NCBI GenBank assembly: GCA_023246355.1
Contig: JAHFIQ010000004.1
Span: forward strand, 2,697 to 66,696
Source: Candidatus Uhrbacteria bacterium
Lineage (GTDB): Bacteria; Patescibacteriota; Patescibacteriia; UBA9934; GWF2-40-263
DNA: 64,000 nucleotides
Reading direction: 5' to 3'
The position numbers were made by a program, and so were the translations under genes. The notes under the pieces were generated by a model. That model ran no database searches. It was not told the origin of the DNA and saw only the letters and a program-made list of their open reading frames with translations. Of the stretch, positions 38,049 through 47,862 are shown piece by piece (within the stretch, counting starts at the first letter, position 1; the number at the start of each line of letters is the position of its first letter).

Positions 38049-38139
38049 CCCTTTCGGGGGTCATTTTCTTTTGCCCGCTTTTCTTGACATTCTCAGTCGT
38101 TTTGATAGTCTGAGTCCTCCTCTTCCAGGAGTAGGAAAC

Positions 38140-38595
38140 ATGGCCCTGTTTTCACGCAGTGGCGCTCGAAGCGCCCTGTCTACATTCGTTCGTCAAAATG
38201 ATGAAGGCGGCAGCACGGACAGCCGTGCGACTCAGTCCGCTCGATTGCTTCAAGCAGGCTTCGCCCCGATCCTGTGGGACGATGAGCTTGGCGGATTCGT
38301 GAGCGACCCGGCGATCTTCGCCGCGGCCGTGAGTCACATCGCTACTGCCTCCATGGCTCCCGCAAAGCTCGAGGAACTCAAAGCAGTGAAGACCATCCAG
38401 GCGATGCGAGCACTCGCAAAGGACGTGGACGCCAGCATCGTGACGCCCGAGGATGGGGCACTCTCTGCCTTCCTGCGCGGCGTTGCGGCTCTGGGAACCG
38501 ACGGCCGTGTGTGGCTCTTGCTCGTCGCGGCTCATCTTGGCAGCTTGAAAGCAACTGCGCAGCTGCGCCCTCTCATCTACCCCAACCTCAAGTAG
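38140..38595 (+). CDS. hypothetical protein (151 aa)
   Basis: ATG 11 nt after AGGAG; Ala-rich helical; elevated GC. Confidence 0.4.
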   Translation: MALFSRSGARSALSTFVRQNDEGGSTDSRATQSARLLQAGFAPILWDDELGGFVSDPAIFAAAVSHIATASMAPAKLEELKAVKTIQAMRALAKDVDASIVTPEDGALSAFLRGVAALGTDGRVWLLLVAAHLGSLKATAQLRPLIYPNLK

Positions 38596-38601
38596 GATGC
38601 C

Positions 38602-39372
38602 ATGCCCATCGATCCCAGTGACCTGAACGCACTTGCCGATGACAGGTTTCGACAAGGAGAAGGAGGCACAGCGCTCGCAAGGCGCGTGCAAGAAGACCCG
38701 GTCTCTGCTCTGCAGTTGATCGGCTCAACCTCGCTCGCCAGGGGGCAGAGCGCCAAAGCCTTGGACAACATCATCGGCGCGATCGGCGACGATGCGAAGG
38801 CCAAGGACTTGGTCGCGGAGCACGTGACCGCGGAAGTCCAAGCGGAAATCCTGGTGGCATGGGGGGACCGAGTGAGCTCGCTCGCTCAGATCGCCGACCC
38901 GGAAACGCTCATCCAGGCCATCTTCCGGATGAGCCATGAGGAAGGACATCTGGATCTGGCCGTGGCCTGCGCAACGGTTCGGGGGCTCGCGATGCAGATT
39001 CACGATCGTTCTGACTGGGACGAAGTGCTGGATCTGGAACTTTCCAGTGACTTCACCCTGCGGGATCTGCTCGTGATCGCGGTAGCTGCCGAGGTCGATC
39101 CTGTGGACTTGGATCCCAAGGACGCCGGTGATGATGACGAGGATGACGAGACGTCCAGTCAAGGAGCTCGACCGGCGGACGCCTGGGTGAATGTGGGACT
39201 CAATCCCGATGAGGCCGAAGAGCGACTGGAGGAGTTGGAACAGATGTCGCCAGACATCTGGCGCGAAGTGACGGATACGGCTCTGTTCTCTGCTCGTCTG
39301 GCTCTTTCCAAGAAGCGTGAAGAGCTCGGTCTGCCTGCGGATGCGACCCGCGGTTCGGCTCACGACGTGTAG
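38602..39372 (+). CDS. hypothetical acidic protein (256 aa)
   Basis: poly-acidic stretch DAGDDDEDDE; no known motif. Confidence 0.45.
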   Translation: MPIDPSDLNALADDRFRQGEGGTALARRVQEDPVSALQLIGSTSLARGQSAKALDNIIGAIGDDAKAKDLVAEHVTAEVQAEILVAWGDRVSSLAQIADPETLIQAIFRMSHEEGHLDLAVACATVRGLAMQIHDRSDWDEVLDLELSSDFTLRDLLVIAVAAEVDPVDLDPKDAGDDDEDDETSSQGARPADAWVNVGLNPDEAEERLEELEQMSPDIWREVTDTALFSARLALSKKREELGLPADATRGSAHDV

Positions 39373-39490
39373 CTCGCGATCGGCTTACCCACGCAGGGAG
39401 CCGATTTTCTTTCCCGTGACGGTCACGGGAGTTTTCTTCGCCGGTCATGATTCTCATGAACGTCGATTGAACCTTTCACTTGGGGATGCC

Positions 39491-41494
39491 ATGGAGACCG
39501 CACTTGTTCCTGTGCGGCGTTCCATCGCCCCACAGGTTTCTATCTCGCCCTTTGGAGCCATGATTGCCGATCTGGAAGCGCGTGCTTCACAGACCGGCCA
39601 CACTCACTTTGGCCGTGTCACGTGGTCGGCCCTTCCGGTGCGCCACCTGCTTGCTGATGCTGCCGCGCTCATCATCGATGCGGTGGGGAAGCGCAGTGAG
39701 ATGCGTTTGGGAACTCAGACAGACGCAGAACATATCGCCGAAGCCACAGATGCTCGGCTGAACGTGGGAGTGCTTCTGCTGTATGGAACACCTCAATCCG
39801 CGGCTGACGCCTTTGAGCTTCAAGTCTTTGGAGCCTTTAACCGTGCGATCAAAGTCGGATACCGTCCTGGGATGATTCTGACCGACGACGCGTGGCGGGC
39901 CCTGATGCGTGGTGCCTCAGGAATGGCTGTTCAGGAATTGAAGTCGCAGACGCCCTCGGGGGAGCAAGGAGATCTTGCGACCTTCTGGTGTCGTCCGGCG
40001 TATCTGTTTCTGGCGGCCTGTGTGAAGCGCGGAAGGGAACACACAGAAACCATGCGTGCTCGTGCAACGCAGCTCAACCATGAGAACGCTGTTCGCGTTT
40101 CTGAAGTTCATGTCCTGAGTGGTCTGTCTGGCCGTACCATCCGTTGGTTGGAAGGAGATAGCTCGCTCAAAGACCAGCTTGGGAAGGCCCTGCAGCTTTC
40201 CGCCAAGCTCGATGCCTACGAGGCCCTGCTTGCCGTGGGCATTGCCACGCTCAAAGCAGAACAGCCTCTGCGTGGTCACGAGATGTGCGTAGAAGAAAAT
40301 GGGATCTTTCTTCCCTGGCTCAACACCGCGGTTCTCAAGGTCGCCTTGGGGGATGTGAACATCACTCCAGGAGCACTCTCTCCCGAGCAAGCGGTTGAGG
40401 CACAGCAACGGTTGCGTGAACTCGACACCTCGGTGGTCACCGAGCAAGTGGTGTCCGTGGTTCGTTCAAGAGCCCGTCGCGTCGCACCTGCCTTGCTGGT
40501 CCGAGGCCTTGTCCAAGTTCGCGAACATCTCACCGGGCAGGTGGCGAGGCTTGTGAAGAGTCAGCATGCTCCCATGCTGGGTGATCATTTCATTGACCCC
40601 TACTTGGGAAACATCGCAAAGGTCGTGCTCACGCATGAATCCGCCATGGAGTACCTCGATCCCTTCAGCAATGATGATGTCCGCGAGCCATTGCCCGATG
40701 AGCTCATGGCCGCGATCGAAGCCGCGCTTGAGTGGAAACGGTTTGACCCAGAAGAGTTGCAGATGCTGATTGAGGGAGGCTCGCTTCCCCATGAGGTCAT
40801 CGTCAGACACCTGGGCGATCTGACCGCATCCGCCAAAAAGAAAGCTGTTGACACGCTGGTGGAATATCATCCAGAGCTCGTCAACGTGTTGCTCTCTACA
40901 GGGCATCTCGTGTGGGGGCGGGGTTTGGCTGAACGCTGTCTGCCGCATCTGTCTCCGGAATACCTGGCTCGTGCGCTCTGCGAGTCGCTTCTTCAGGAAA
41001 CCGCGTTTGAAGACACTCTGTCCAAATACGTCGGGATCATGCTCTTGCTGCCAGAGGCAAGGCTTCGAGAGATTTGGGCAGACCCCAGGTATCACGAAGC
41101 GCTCGTTGACTTCATGGACGCATTCCTCTTTGACAGTGGTGCCACGGACATTTCAGATGTACAGGAGAAGGCTCTTGCTGAGCGTGTTCTTACGTCCTTT
41201 CGGACCTACGGGCTTGAGGCCTACGTCAAGTTCCGCTCGGCGATCTACGGTGAGGAACCGCTCGTGCCCAAGTCAGAGCGGATGATGCCTCGATGGGAAC
41301 AGACCGCGTCGAGCAAACGCACGAGTTGGACCCTGGTCGTGCGCATGCGGCGGGTCTTTTCCAAGCACCTCGCTGCGATGATCGGTGAACTGTCAGAGGA
41401 AGAGTGTTTTCGACGCTTGGTCCATGACCGCCCAGATCGTGATCAACGTGTGCACGTGTTCCTTGCCAATCGGTCACGCTTCTACGGACCGTAA
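39491..41494 (+). CDS. large hypothetical protein (667 aa), mostly helical, no nucleotide-binding motif found
   Basis: ATG 39491 after GGGGA; the longer ORF-track start overlaps the previous gene; no Walker or catalytic motifs recognised. Confidence 0.5.
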   Translation: METALVPVRRSIAPQVSISPFGAMIADLEARASQTGHTHFGRVTWSALPVRHLLADAAALIIDAVGKRSEMRLGTQTDAEHIAEATDARLNVGVLLLYGTPQSAADAFELQVFGAFNRAIKVGYRPGMILTDDAWRALMRGASGMAVQELKSQTPSGEQGDLATFWCRPAYLFLAACVKRGREHTETMRARATQLNHENAVRVSEVHVLSGLSGRTIRWLEGDSSLKDQLGKALQLSAKLDAYEALLAVGIATLKAEQPLRGHEMCVEENGIFLPWLNTAVLKVALGDVNITPGALSPEQAVEAQQRLRELDTSVVTEQVVSVVRSRARRVAPALLVRGLVQVREHLTGQVARLVKSQHAPMLGDHFIDPYLGNIAKVVLTHESAMEYLDPFSNDDVREPLPDELMAAIEAALEWKRFDPEELQMLIEGGSLPHEVIVRHLGDLTASAKKKAVDTLVEYHPELVNVLLSTGHLVWGRGLAERCLPHLSPEYLARALCESLLQETAFEDTLSKYVGIMLLLPEARLREIWADPRYHEALVDFMDAFLFDSGATDISDVQEKALAERVLTSFRTYGLEAYVKFRSAIYGEEPLVPKSERMMPRWEQTASSKRTSWTLVVRMRRVFSKHLAAMIGELSEEECFRRLVHDRPDRDQRVHVFLANRSRFYGP

Positions 41495-41579
41495 CAGTCA
41501 CAACGACCTGGCCAGCAAATGGCCGGGTTTTATTATTGGACAGCTGTTTGCCAATCGCTTATACTCATCGAGAATTGAG

Positions 41580-41654
41580 GCCGGTGTAGCTCAGGGGTAG
41601 AGCAACACTTTTGTAAAGTGAAGGTCGTGGGTTCGAATCCCTCCACCGGCTCCA
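41580..41654 (+). tRNA. tRNA-Thr (anticodon UGU), CCA encoded
   Basis: acceptor GCCGGTG/CACCGGC, anticodon loop TTTGTAA, T-loop TTCGAAT; one U-U mismatch in the T stem. Confidence 0.75.
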
Positions 41655-41693
41655 TTGACTTATTTCAACGCCACCAGTAGGATCCTCCCATCT

Positions 41694-41849
41694 ATGTCAC
41701 AAGATAATCTCGTCAACCTCGAATGTACGCAGTGCAAACGCGTTGGATACCAGAGCAAGAAGAACAAAAAAAAGCTCAAGGATCGTCTTGAGATGAAGAA
41801 GTTTTGTAAGTGGTGCAAAGGACACGTCCTCCATAAGGAGACAAAATAA
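41694..41849 (+). CDS. rpmG: 50S ribosomal protein L33
   Basis: 51 aa; CTQCKRVGYQSKKNKKK...CKWCKGHVLHKETK zinc-ribbon L33 pattern. Confidence 0.85.
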   Translation: MSQDNLVNLECTQCKRVGYQSKKNKKKLKDRLEMKKFCKWCKGHVLHKETK

Positions 41850-41970
41850 GACTGTTGAAATTCCTTCATCTGCTGCGTTGCGGGACCCGGCCATCGCTTC
41901 GCTGTAGGATTACCTACAGCTCCAGCGACTGGCCACCCGCGCCTTGCAGCTGAAGTTTTTCAACAGTCTT
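41850..41970 (-). ncRNA. ~120 nt structured element, copy A (reverse orientation), candidate sRNA or complex terminator
   Basis: 12 bp closing stem GACTGTTGAAA/TTTCAACAGTC; conserved cores identical to the copy at 61956-62076; apical hairpin CTGTAGG-atta-CCTACAG. Confidence 0.45.
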
Positions 41971-42034
41971 AAATGAAAATCCCCACCTGTTGGTGAGGAG
42001 TGGAGATCGACCGCGTGTCGATCTTTTCGTTTGG

Positions 42035-42601
42035 CTACTCGCTCTGGAGCGCCTTTTCGATCTCGGTCCAGTTGTGCGGATCCTGACCTTCGCCGCCCGA
42101 GACCCAGCTTGCGCGCACGCGACCATCCTGGATCAGGATCAGTGCGTTCTTGGTGCGGCTGCTGAGGTTCGGAGGGTTGATCCTCAGAAGTCGCGACAGC
42201 GTGGCGCTGGGGGAGAACACGGTGCAGCGGGTGGGCTCACGTGTCAGGCCATGCAGGCCCGTGAGGATTCCGCAGCTGTAGAGGACACTGCCGATGAAGT
42301 CGGTCGCGCCACCACCGACCATGACGACCGGTACGCCGAGCCGCTCGCCGTGGCGAAGTACTTGTCCGATTGCGCCGTAATCAGCGAGATCTTCCACACA
42401 CACGAGAAGGTAGGTGCCGTCGCCGGGAAGGAGTTCGCCCACATGGAGCGTTCCGCCGTTGACTGGGGTCACACCACCCACGGGCTTTCGATGGATCTGG
42501 AAGGTGGCGTCTTCTGGCCACTCGATGAGGCTGGTGCTGTGGCCCTTGGACGGGCCGGAGGGAGCAAGGGCGGGAGGAGGAAGAGCGGGCGAGAGAGACA
42601 T
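42035..42601 (-). CDS. hypothetical protein, possibly divergent redoxin/peroxiredoxin-like fold
   Basis: ATG after GGAG; loose Bcp-like spacing (LLVCVED ... ILIQDGRV) but no canonical PGCT; GC ~62%. Confidence 0.3.
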   Translation of the reverse strand: MSLSPALPPPALAPSGPSKGHSTSLIEWPEDATFQIHRKPVGGVTPVNGGTLHVGELLPGDGTYLLVCVEDLADYGAIGQVLRHGERLGVPVVMVGGGATDFIGSVLYSCGILTGLHGLTREPTRCTVFSPSATLSRLLRINPPNLSSRTKNALILIQDGRVRASWVSGGEGQDPHNWTEIEKALQSE

Positions 42602-42750
42602 GGGTGCGTTCAACTCCGGGGGATGGTGGATGTGCATCCGCAAACAGGAGTGTTTCGGAAACACGAGCGCGATTCTACCCTGGCACTCTGAGCAAGTCAA
42701 TGCATGCCTGTGGATGGCGGGGATTCGCTCTGTGGTAGAATTTCACCACT

Positions 42751-43926
42751 ATGGTTTCACAAGATCTCGTCATCATCGGTGGAGGCTTTGCTGGAGTGTA
42801 TACCGCCCGTGGGCTGCTCAAGCGCGGCATTCCTGTGACCCTGGTGAGCGATGATAATCACTTCACGTTCACGCCTCTGCTGCACGAGGTTGCCACCGGT
42901 TCGCTGCTTCCCAATGACATTATTTTTGAATACGAACGTTTTTTTCATTCCAAGGCATTTCGGTTTATTCGAGGCCGCGTGGAAGATCTTGATCCTGAGA
43001 AAAAAACGATTCGCCTTACAGGCGGGCATAGCCTTGAGTATTCGTATCTGGTGATCGCCACCGGTTCTGTGACCAATCTCACCCAGGTGGCAGGATCACA
43101 ACATGCCTTTGTGCTCAAAGACGTGCATGATGCCGTGAAATTGAAGTCCGCGATTCTCGCTCGTGCACAAGATTACAATCGTCACGTCGCCATTTCGGTG
43201 GTGGGAGGCGGGCCGACAGGACTCGAACTCGTGTTTGATTTGGATTTGATGTTGCGCGCTTTACGTCGCAAGAATCCAGATTCTCACTACACGCTGCGCG
43301 TCGTTCATGGCTCTGACACGTTTTGTTCCATGAGTGTTCCACCGGTTCAAAAGTATATTCGCCGGGCGCTTGAGAGAGCAGGAATCGAGATTATCTGCAA
43401 CGCGATGGCGCAGGAGATCACACAGGACGAAATCAAGACGACTCAAGGAACATTTCATTCAGATGTGACGATTCTCTGTGCAGGTGTCTTACCCAACACC
43501 TCAATGCTTGGCACGCTCAAAAAAGACGAGAAAGGTCATATTCCCGTGAACGCGTTTTTGCAGACCCTGGAGCATCCTTCGATCTTTGCGTTGGGCGACA
43601 TCATTGCGGTGAATGGCACACCGGTTCCCAAACTTGCACAGACCGCTGTGAGAGAGGCAGATGTGGTTGCAGCCAATATCCAGAGTCTCATCAACAGTGA
43701 GCCACCTCGCGTTTCATACAAAGCGCAAGTCATTGGCATGCTGTTCTCCCTTGGATTTGGCGACGGTGTGGGAGTGATCGGACGGGTTGTGGTCAAAGGT
43801 ATTCCCGCCTGGTATCTTTGGCGCACGGTGTATCTCTTTAAAACTCCTGGCCTGTTTAACAAACTGCGCGTTGCCTTTACGTGGACGCTTGGCTTGTTTC
43901 AGGGCAGAAACTTAACAGAACTCTAA
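42751..43926 (+). CDS. ndh: type II NADH dehydrogenase (NDH-2) / pyridine nucleotide-disulfide oxidoreductase
   Basis: two dinucleotide folds IIGGGFAG and VVGGGPTG. Confidence 0.8.
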   Translation: MVSQDLVIIGGGFAGVYTARGLLKRGIPVTLVSDDNHFTFTPLLHEVATGSLLPNDIIFEYERFFHSKAFRFIRGRVEDLDPEKKTIRLTGGHSLEYSYLVIATGSVTNLTQVAGSQHAFVLKDVHDAVKLKSAILARAQDYNRHVAISVVGGGPTGLELVFDLDLMLRALRRKNPDSHYTLRVVHGSDTFCSMSVPPVQKYIRRALERAGIEIICNAMAQEITQDEIKTTQGTFHSDVTILCAGVLPNTSMLGTLKKDEKGHIPVNAFLQTLEHPSIFALGDIIAVNGTPVPKLAQTAVREADVVAANIQSLINSEPPRVSYKAQVIGMLFSLGFGDGVGVIGRVVVKGIPAWYLWRTVYLFKTPGLFNKLRVAFTWTLGLFQGRNLTEL

Positions 43927-43937
43927 TTCTCACTTCT

Positions 43938-44630
43938 ATGTTCAAGTCCTTGTTTCCCGCACTGCTGTTTCCCCTTCTTCTGATCGGTGCTGGCTGTTCC
44001 AAAACGTCTCTTTCCACGAACGCCGATTCACAACTTACCATCACCCCTGTCTCGATCGAAGAATCGGCTCCGGTTGATGCGACGGTTTTGGTTGATGGGA
44101 CCTACACACTTGATACAGCATCGAGTTCCATTGTTTGGAACGCGGAAAAACGTGTGGGTGCGCATCACACCGGAACCGTTGAGGCAGAACAAGGCGCGGT
44201 GGTGATTGAAAACGGTGAGGTGACCGGCGGTTCGATGGAGGTGAATATGCGCTCCATCGCGGATACGGATTTGACCAGTGAAGAGGATAATAAAAAACTC
44301 GTTGGCCACTTGAAGTCAGAAGACTTTTTCAATGTCGCTGTCTATCCAACCGCCACGTTTGCTCTTACGAGCGTGACCACGGTGGAAGGTGAGGAGACAC
44401 CGCAGGCGACGGGCATCATGACGATCAAAGGGATTGAAAACGAAGTGACGTTTCCAGCGATGTTTGTGATGACCGATGCAGGTGTTCGTCTCACGGGAGT
44501 CGTCACCTTGGATCGAACACTGTGGGACATCCGTTACGGCTCTGAAACGTTTTTTGAAAATCTCGGCGATAATTTGATTGAGGACCAGTTCGCTCTGACA
44601 TTGGATGTGGTGTTTGCGAGTGCGGAGTAA
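43938..44630 (+). CDS. YceI-family periplasmic lipoprotein
   Basis: lipobox LIGAGCS; YceI-like beta-barrel pattern. Confidence 0.7.
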   Translation: MFKSLFPALLFPLLLIGAGCSKTSLSTNADSQLTITPVSIEESAPVDATVLVDGTYTLDTASSSIVWNAEKRVGAHHTGTVEAEQGAVVIENGEVTGGSMEVNMRSIADTDLTSEEDNKKLVGHLKSEDFFNVAVYPTATFALTSVTTVEGEETPQATGIMTIKGIENEVTFPAMFVMTDAGVRLTGVVTLDRTLWDIRYGSETFFENLGDNLIEDQFALTLDVVFASAE

Positions 44631-44645
44631 GTCAAACAAAAATCG

Positions 44646-44675
44646 CCCAGCTCGCAGGGCGGTTTTTTTGTTGTT
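44646..44675. terminator. bidirectional terminator
   Basis: CGCCC-agctcgca-GGGCG followed by TTTTTTT. Confidence 0.7.
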
Positions 44676-44689
44676 CAAGTATGACCTCG

Positions 44690-45637
44690 TCATCGTGTTT
44701 GAGATCCATTTCCGGTAACGAATAAGATCGACAACACCGTAAACAACGTGATGTGAGCGTAGACTTGTTCGCCGAAGAAGAAAAAAGAAAGGGAGAGAAC
44801 AATGAAGGCGATCAGGGAGACCAGACGAGTTTTGATGCCCAGCACGAGCAGGATTCCGATCGCGAGTTCCACCATGCCCACCCATAGCACCCAGGCTTCG
44901 GGAGTGATGGGAATAAAACGTGTCAGTGAAAATTGTTCAACGACCAGGGCGCTGGCATGTGGATTCAGAAATTTTTCATAGATCGCCAGAAAGATCATGG
45001 ACACTCCAATCCCCAGGCGCAGGATCAGCGGCACAAAACGACGTAGGTGTTTGAAAGGAGAGAGAAAGGGAAGTTCAAGCAGATGATCAAGTCCTGGCCG
45101 TGGGTCGGCAAAGATGAGCAGGGAGAGAGCGAGGGCGAGAAATTCGGTGGATCCGAGTGTGTACGAGTTCATGCCAAGCGCAAAGAAAAAAAGCAGGATC
45201 GTTGCAAGAGTCGCTGGTGTCAGAAGAAATCCAACCAGAATCAAGAAGCCGAGAAGAAATTCAATCGTGGCGATGAACGGAAACGTTTCCATTCCAGGAC
45301 TTAGCAAGGCCTGCGAGCTTCCTGCGCCAATGAGCGTGATGCCCAGAGCCAAGCGGATCATCCACGGGAAAAAGGCTTCATACTGATGACGGCAGTCAAC
45401 GATATGCGCGTGTTCGTCCTTCACGAGTCGACTCCGTGAAGCGAGGACGTAGATGACGCTGAACACGATGAGAGAAGCACCAAGTAAGATCCACGCCGAG
45501 TGATCACTCAAAGCTCGCAGAAGAAACAGGTCGTCCCGTCCTGCCCAGGCGTCGAAAGACTCACCTGACACCACGTAACGGACATGCGCCTCTGCGAGCC
45601 TTGGAAGCAAGAGAGGAAGAGCAAAAAGCCATTTCAT
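44690..45637 (-). CDS. polytopic membrane protein (DoxX-like repeats)
   Basis: 315 aa, about 8 TM helices. Confidence 0.45.
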   Translation of the reverse strand: MKWLFALPLLLPRLAEAHVRYVVSGESFDAWAGRDDLFLLRALSDHSAWILLGASLIVFSVIYVLASRSRLVKDEHAHIVDCRHQYEAFFPWMIRLALGITLIGAGSSQALLSPGMETFPFIATIEFLLGFLILVGFLLTPATLATILLFFFALGMNSYTLGSTEFLALALSLLIFADPRPGLDHLLELPFLSPFKHLRRFVPLILRLGIGVSMIFLAIYEKFLNPHASALVVEQFSLTRFIPITPEAWVLWVGMVELAIGILLVLGIKTRLVSLIAFIVLSLSFFFFGEQVYAHITLFTVLSILFVTGNGSQTR

Positions 45638-45669
45638 ATAACGCTATCTTATCACGAATCTTGCAAGGG

Positions 45670-46695
45670 ATGAGAAAAAATCGTAGAGTCATGCGCATGA
45701 AATCGACTCTCGAGAATCATTTGCGTGACATGCTCACACTCGCGATTGTCCATAAACCATCGGCACGAGCATTGATTGTGTTTGACCATGCGTCAGGGTT
45801 AGCACGGCTGCTCACCGATGCCTACCACGCGATTCTCCCTACGGCCACGATGATTGAATTCTCTCCAGAAGCAGCTGGGGAGATTCGTGCAAGCGCCAAC
45901 GCTTTATCGCCTGGGGATCTGGTGATCCTTGTTCAGTCATCGAGTTTTCGTTTGAACGATTTTCGTTTTCGCTTGGAGTTATTTAATCGGAACCTTGCGG
46001 TTATTGAGCATCCCCATCTTGGTCGAATGCCTGAGAGTGAATTTCAAACGTATATCGATTCACTTGCGTATGATGCTGGTTATTATCGAACATTGGGTCC
46101 AAAGCTCAAAGAACGGATCGATAAAGCGAAGAAGATTCTTGTGAATGGTCCAGGGGCACAGCTTGAGTACTCCACGACGTTTGAAACAGCCAAACTGAAC
46201 ATTGGCGACTACACAGGCATGAAAAATATTGGCGGACAGTTTCCCATTGGAGAAGTGTTTACCGAACCTGTGAATCTCGATGGTGTGAACGGAACGGTGA
46301 AGTTGTTTGCCTACGGTGGGATGGGTTTCAAATTGGCGGTGCCAGAGGAGCCTGTTCTGGTCGTGATTGAAAAAGGGTTGATCGTGGATGCTCCAAACGC
46401 GCCGCACTCATTTACCGAGGTCCTTGATCAAATTCGTCAGGACGAACCGCTCTGGGTCCGTGAACTTGGCTTTGGTATGAACCGTGCCCTGACCCGAAGT
46501 CGGTTGCTCACGGACATCGGCAGCTACGAACGCATGTGTGGCATTCACCTTTCGCTTGGACAGAAGCACACGGTCTACGCCAAGCCGGGTTTTTCAAAAC
46601 GCAAAAGCAAATATCATGTGGATGTCTTCGTTGATGTGACGACCGTGCAGATCGAAGGGGAGACGGTGTACCGAGATGGTGCCTACTGCATCTGA
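45670..46695 (+). CDS. aminopeptidase-like protein (possibly M29 family)
   Basis: GGQFPIGEVFTEP and HLSLG ... HVDVFVD resemble thermophilic aminopeptidase motifs; low certainty. Confidence 0.35.
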   Translation: MRKNRRVMRMKSTLENHLRDMLTLAIVHKPSARALIVFDHASGLARLLTDAYHAILPTATMIEFSPEAAGEIRASANALSPGDLVILVQSSSFRLNDFRFRLELFNRNLAVIEHPHLGRMPESEFQTYIDSLAYDAGYYRTLGPKLKERIDKAKKILVNGPGAQLEYSTTFETAKLNIGDYTGMKNIGGQFPIGEVFTEPVNLDGVNGTVKLFAYGGMGFKLAVPEEPVLVVIEKGLIVDAPNAPHSFTEVLDQIRQDEPLWVRELGFGMNRALTRSRLLTDIGSYERMCGIHLSLGQKHTVYAKPGFSKRKSKYHVDVFVDVTTVQIEGETVYRDGAYCI

Positions 46696-46731
46696 AACGA
46701 AAAACGATCACCTTGCGATGATCGTCTCTCG

Positions 46732-46806
46732 TGGCAGGGGCGCAGGGATTCGAACCCTGAATGAGAGTTTTGGAGACTCTAGTGATAGCCATTTCACTAC
46801 ACCCCT
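46732..46806 (-). tRNA. tRNA-Trp (anticodon CCA), CCA encoded
   Basis: reverse complement folds as AGGGGTG...CTCCAAA...CAGGGTTCGAATCCCTG...CGCCCCTGCCA, near-collinear with the bacterial tRNA-Trp. Confidence 0.85.
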
Positions 46807-46896
46807 ATTTGGAAACAGTCCCTGTCTAACTTTGGACGGCTGCATTATAATGGACACGACTAAGTCTTACAAGCTCGTCATGAGCATTCTTTTCTT

Positions 46897-47862
46897 ATGA
46901 AACGCTTTATTCCTCTTCTTTTTCCGCTCATTGTTTTAGGCTTCGGATGCGCTTCTGCTGATTCACCTTCCGCGTCATCGACGAGCGAGGTTGAAGCGGA
47001 TGCGTCCACAACCACTGAAGCCGTAAACGAGGAGACAGCCATTGAGAACGAAGTCGAGCAGCCTGAACTCAATCCTGATCTCCCACCCATCATCGACACA
47101 CATGCTCATATTTATCCTGTGTCCAAAGAAGCCAACGAAGCCTACGTGGATGATCTTGTGGCTGCGGCCATGGAAAACGGGGTGAGCAAAATTTTGCTTG
47201 GTTTGAATGCGCGCCAGGTTCCAGATCGTCCGCCAACGTTTTCTTCCGAGCATGACGAAATGGTTTTGGATGCCTACGAACGCTATCCGGACGTGATCGT
47301 TCCGACGCTCAATGGATTTGATCCTGAAGATGAAGCTGCGCCCGAGTATGTTCGTGAGCAGTTGAAAACAGGGAAGTGGAAAATGGTCGGAGAGCTGGAT
47401 GTACGCAATCCCATCAAGCAGAATTCGATCGCCGCAGATTCCGATGTCCTCATGGACATTTACGACATCGCCGGTGAGTATCATGTTCCTGTGATGCTGC
47501 ACTTTACCTTTGCTTTTGGAACAGACGCCGAGAGTGGCAAGGCAGAGCTTGAACGCGCACTCTCTGGCAATCCGGACACGATCTTTATCTACGCGCATAG
47601 CTGTGCTTCCGAGATTGCGCTTCTCATGAGGTCGCATGACAACCTGTACTGTGAACAAGAATCCGGTTCTCCTGCCCCGGGCATTGATTTTTCGCGAGTC
47701 ATTCTGGGCACAGACATTCAGGTGACGGAGCGCGCACCAGAAAAAGTGGCGGACCATTATGCAGACGTGATCGATGCATTGCGTGACACCATCTCCACCT
47801 GGAGCGATGCAGATCAGCTCGCGGCTCGGATCGAGACGCCCACGGCTTTGTTTGGATTATGA
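46897..47862 (+). CDS. amidohydrolase-superfamily metal-dependent hydrolase (lipoprotein)
   Basis: lipobox LGFGCAS; IIDTHAHIYP HxH metal site. Confidence 0.6.
   Translation: MKRFIPLLFPLIVLGFGCASADSPSASSTSEVEADASTTTEAVNEETAIENEVEQPELNPDLPPIIDTHAHIYPVSKEANEAYVDDLVAAAMENGVSKILLGLNARQVPDRPPTFSSEHDEMVLDAYERYPDVIVPTLNGFDPEDEAAPEYVREQLKTGKWKMVGELDVRNPIKQNSIAADSDVLMDIYDIAGEYHVPVMLHFTFAFGTDAESGKAELERALSGNPDTIFIYAHSCASEIALLMRSHDNLYCEQESGSPAPGIDFSRVILGTDIQVTERAPEKVADHYADVIDALRDTISTWSDADQLAARIETPTALFGL

Noticed and set aside
39317-39490. Extended start of the 725 aa ORF
   Set aside because: It overlaps the end of the preceding gene. The first ATG with an SD-like GGGGA is at 39491.
36343-41579. Calling the tRNA-flanked insert a classical integrative element
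   Set aside because: I could see no integrase and no direct repeat of a tRNA 3' end. It is reported only as a compositional and synteny anomaly.
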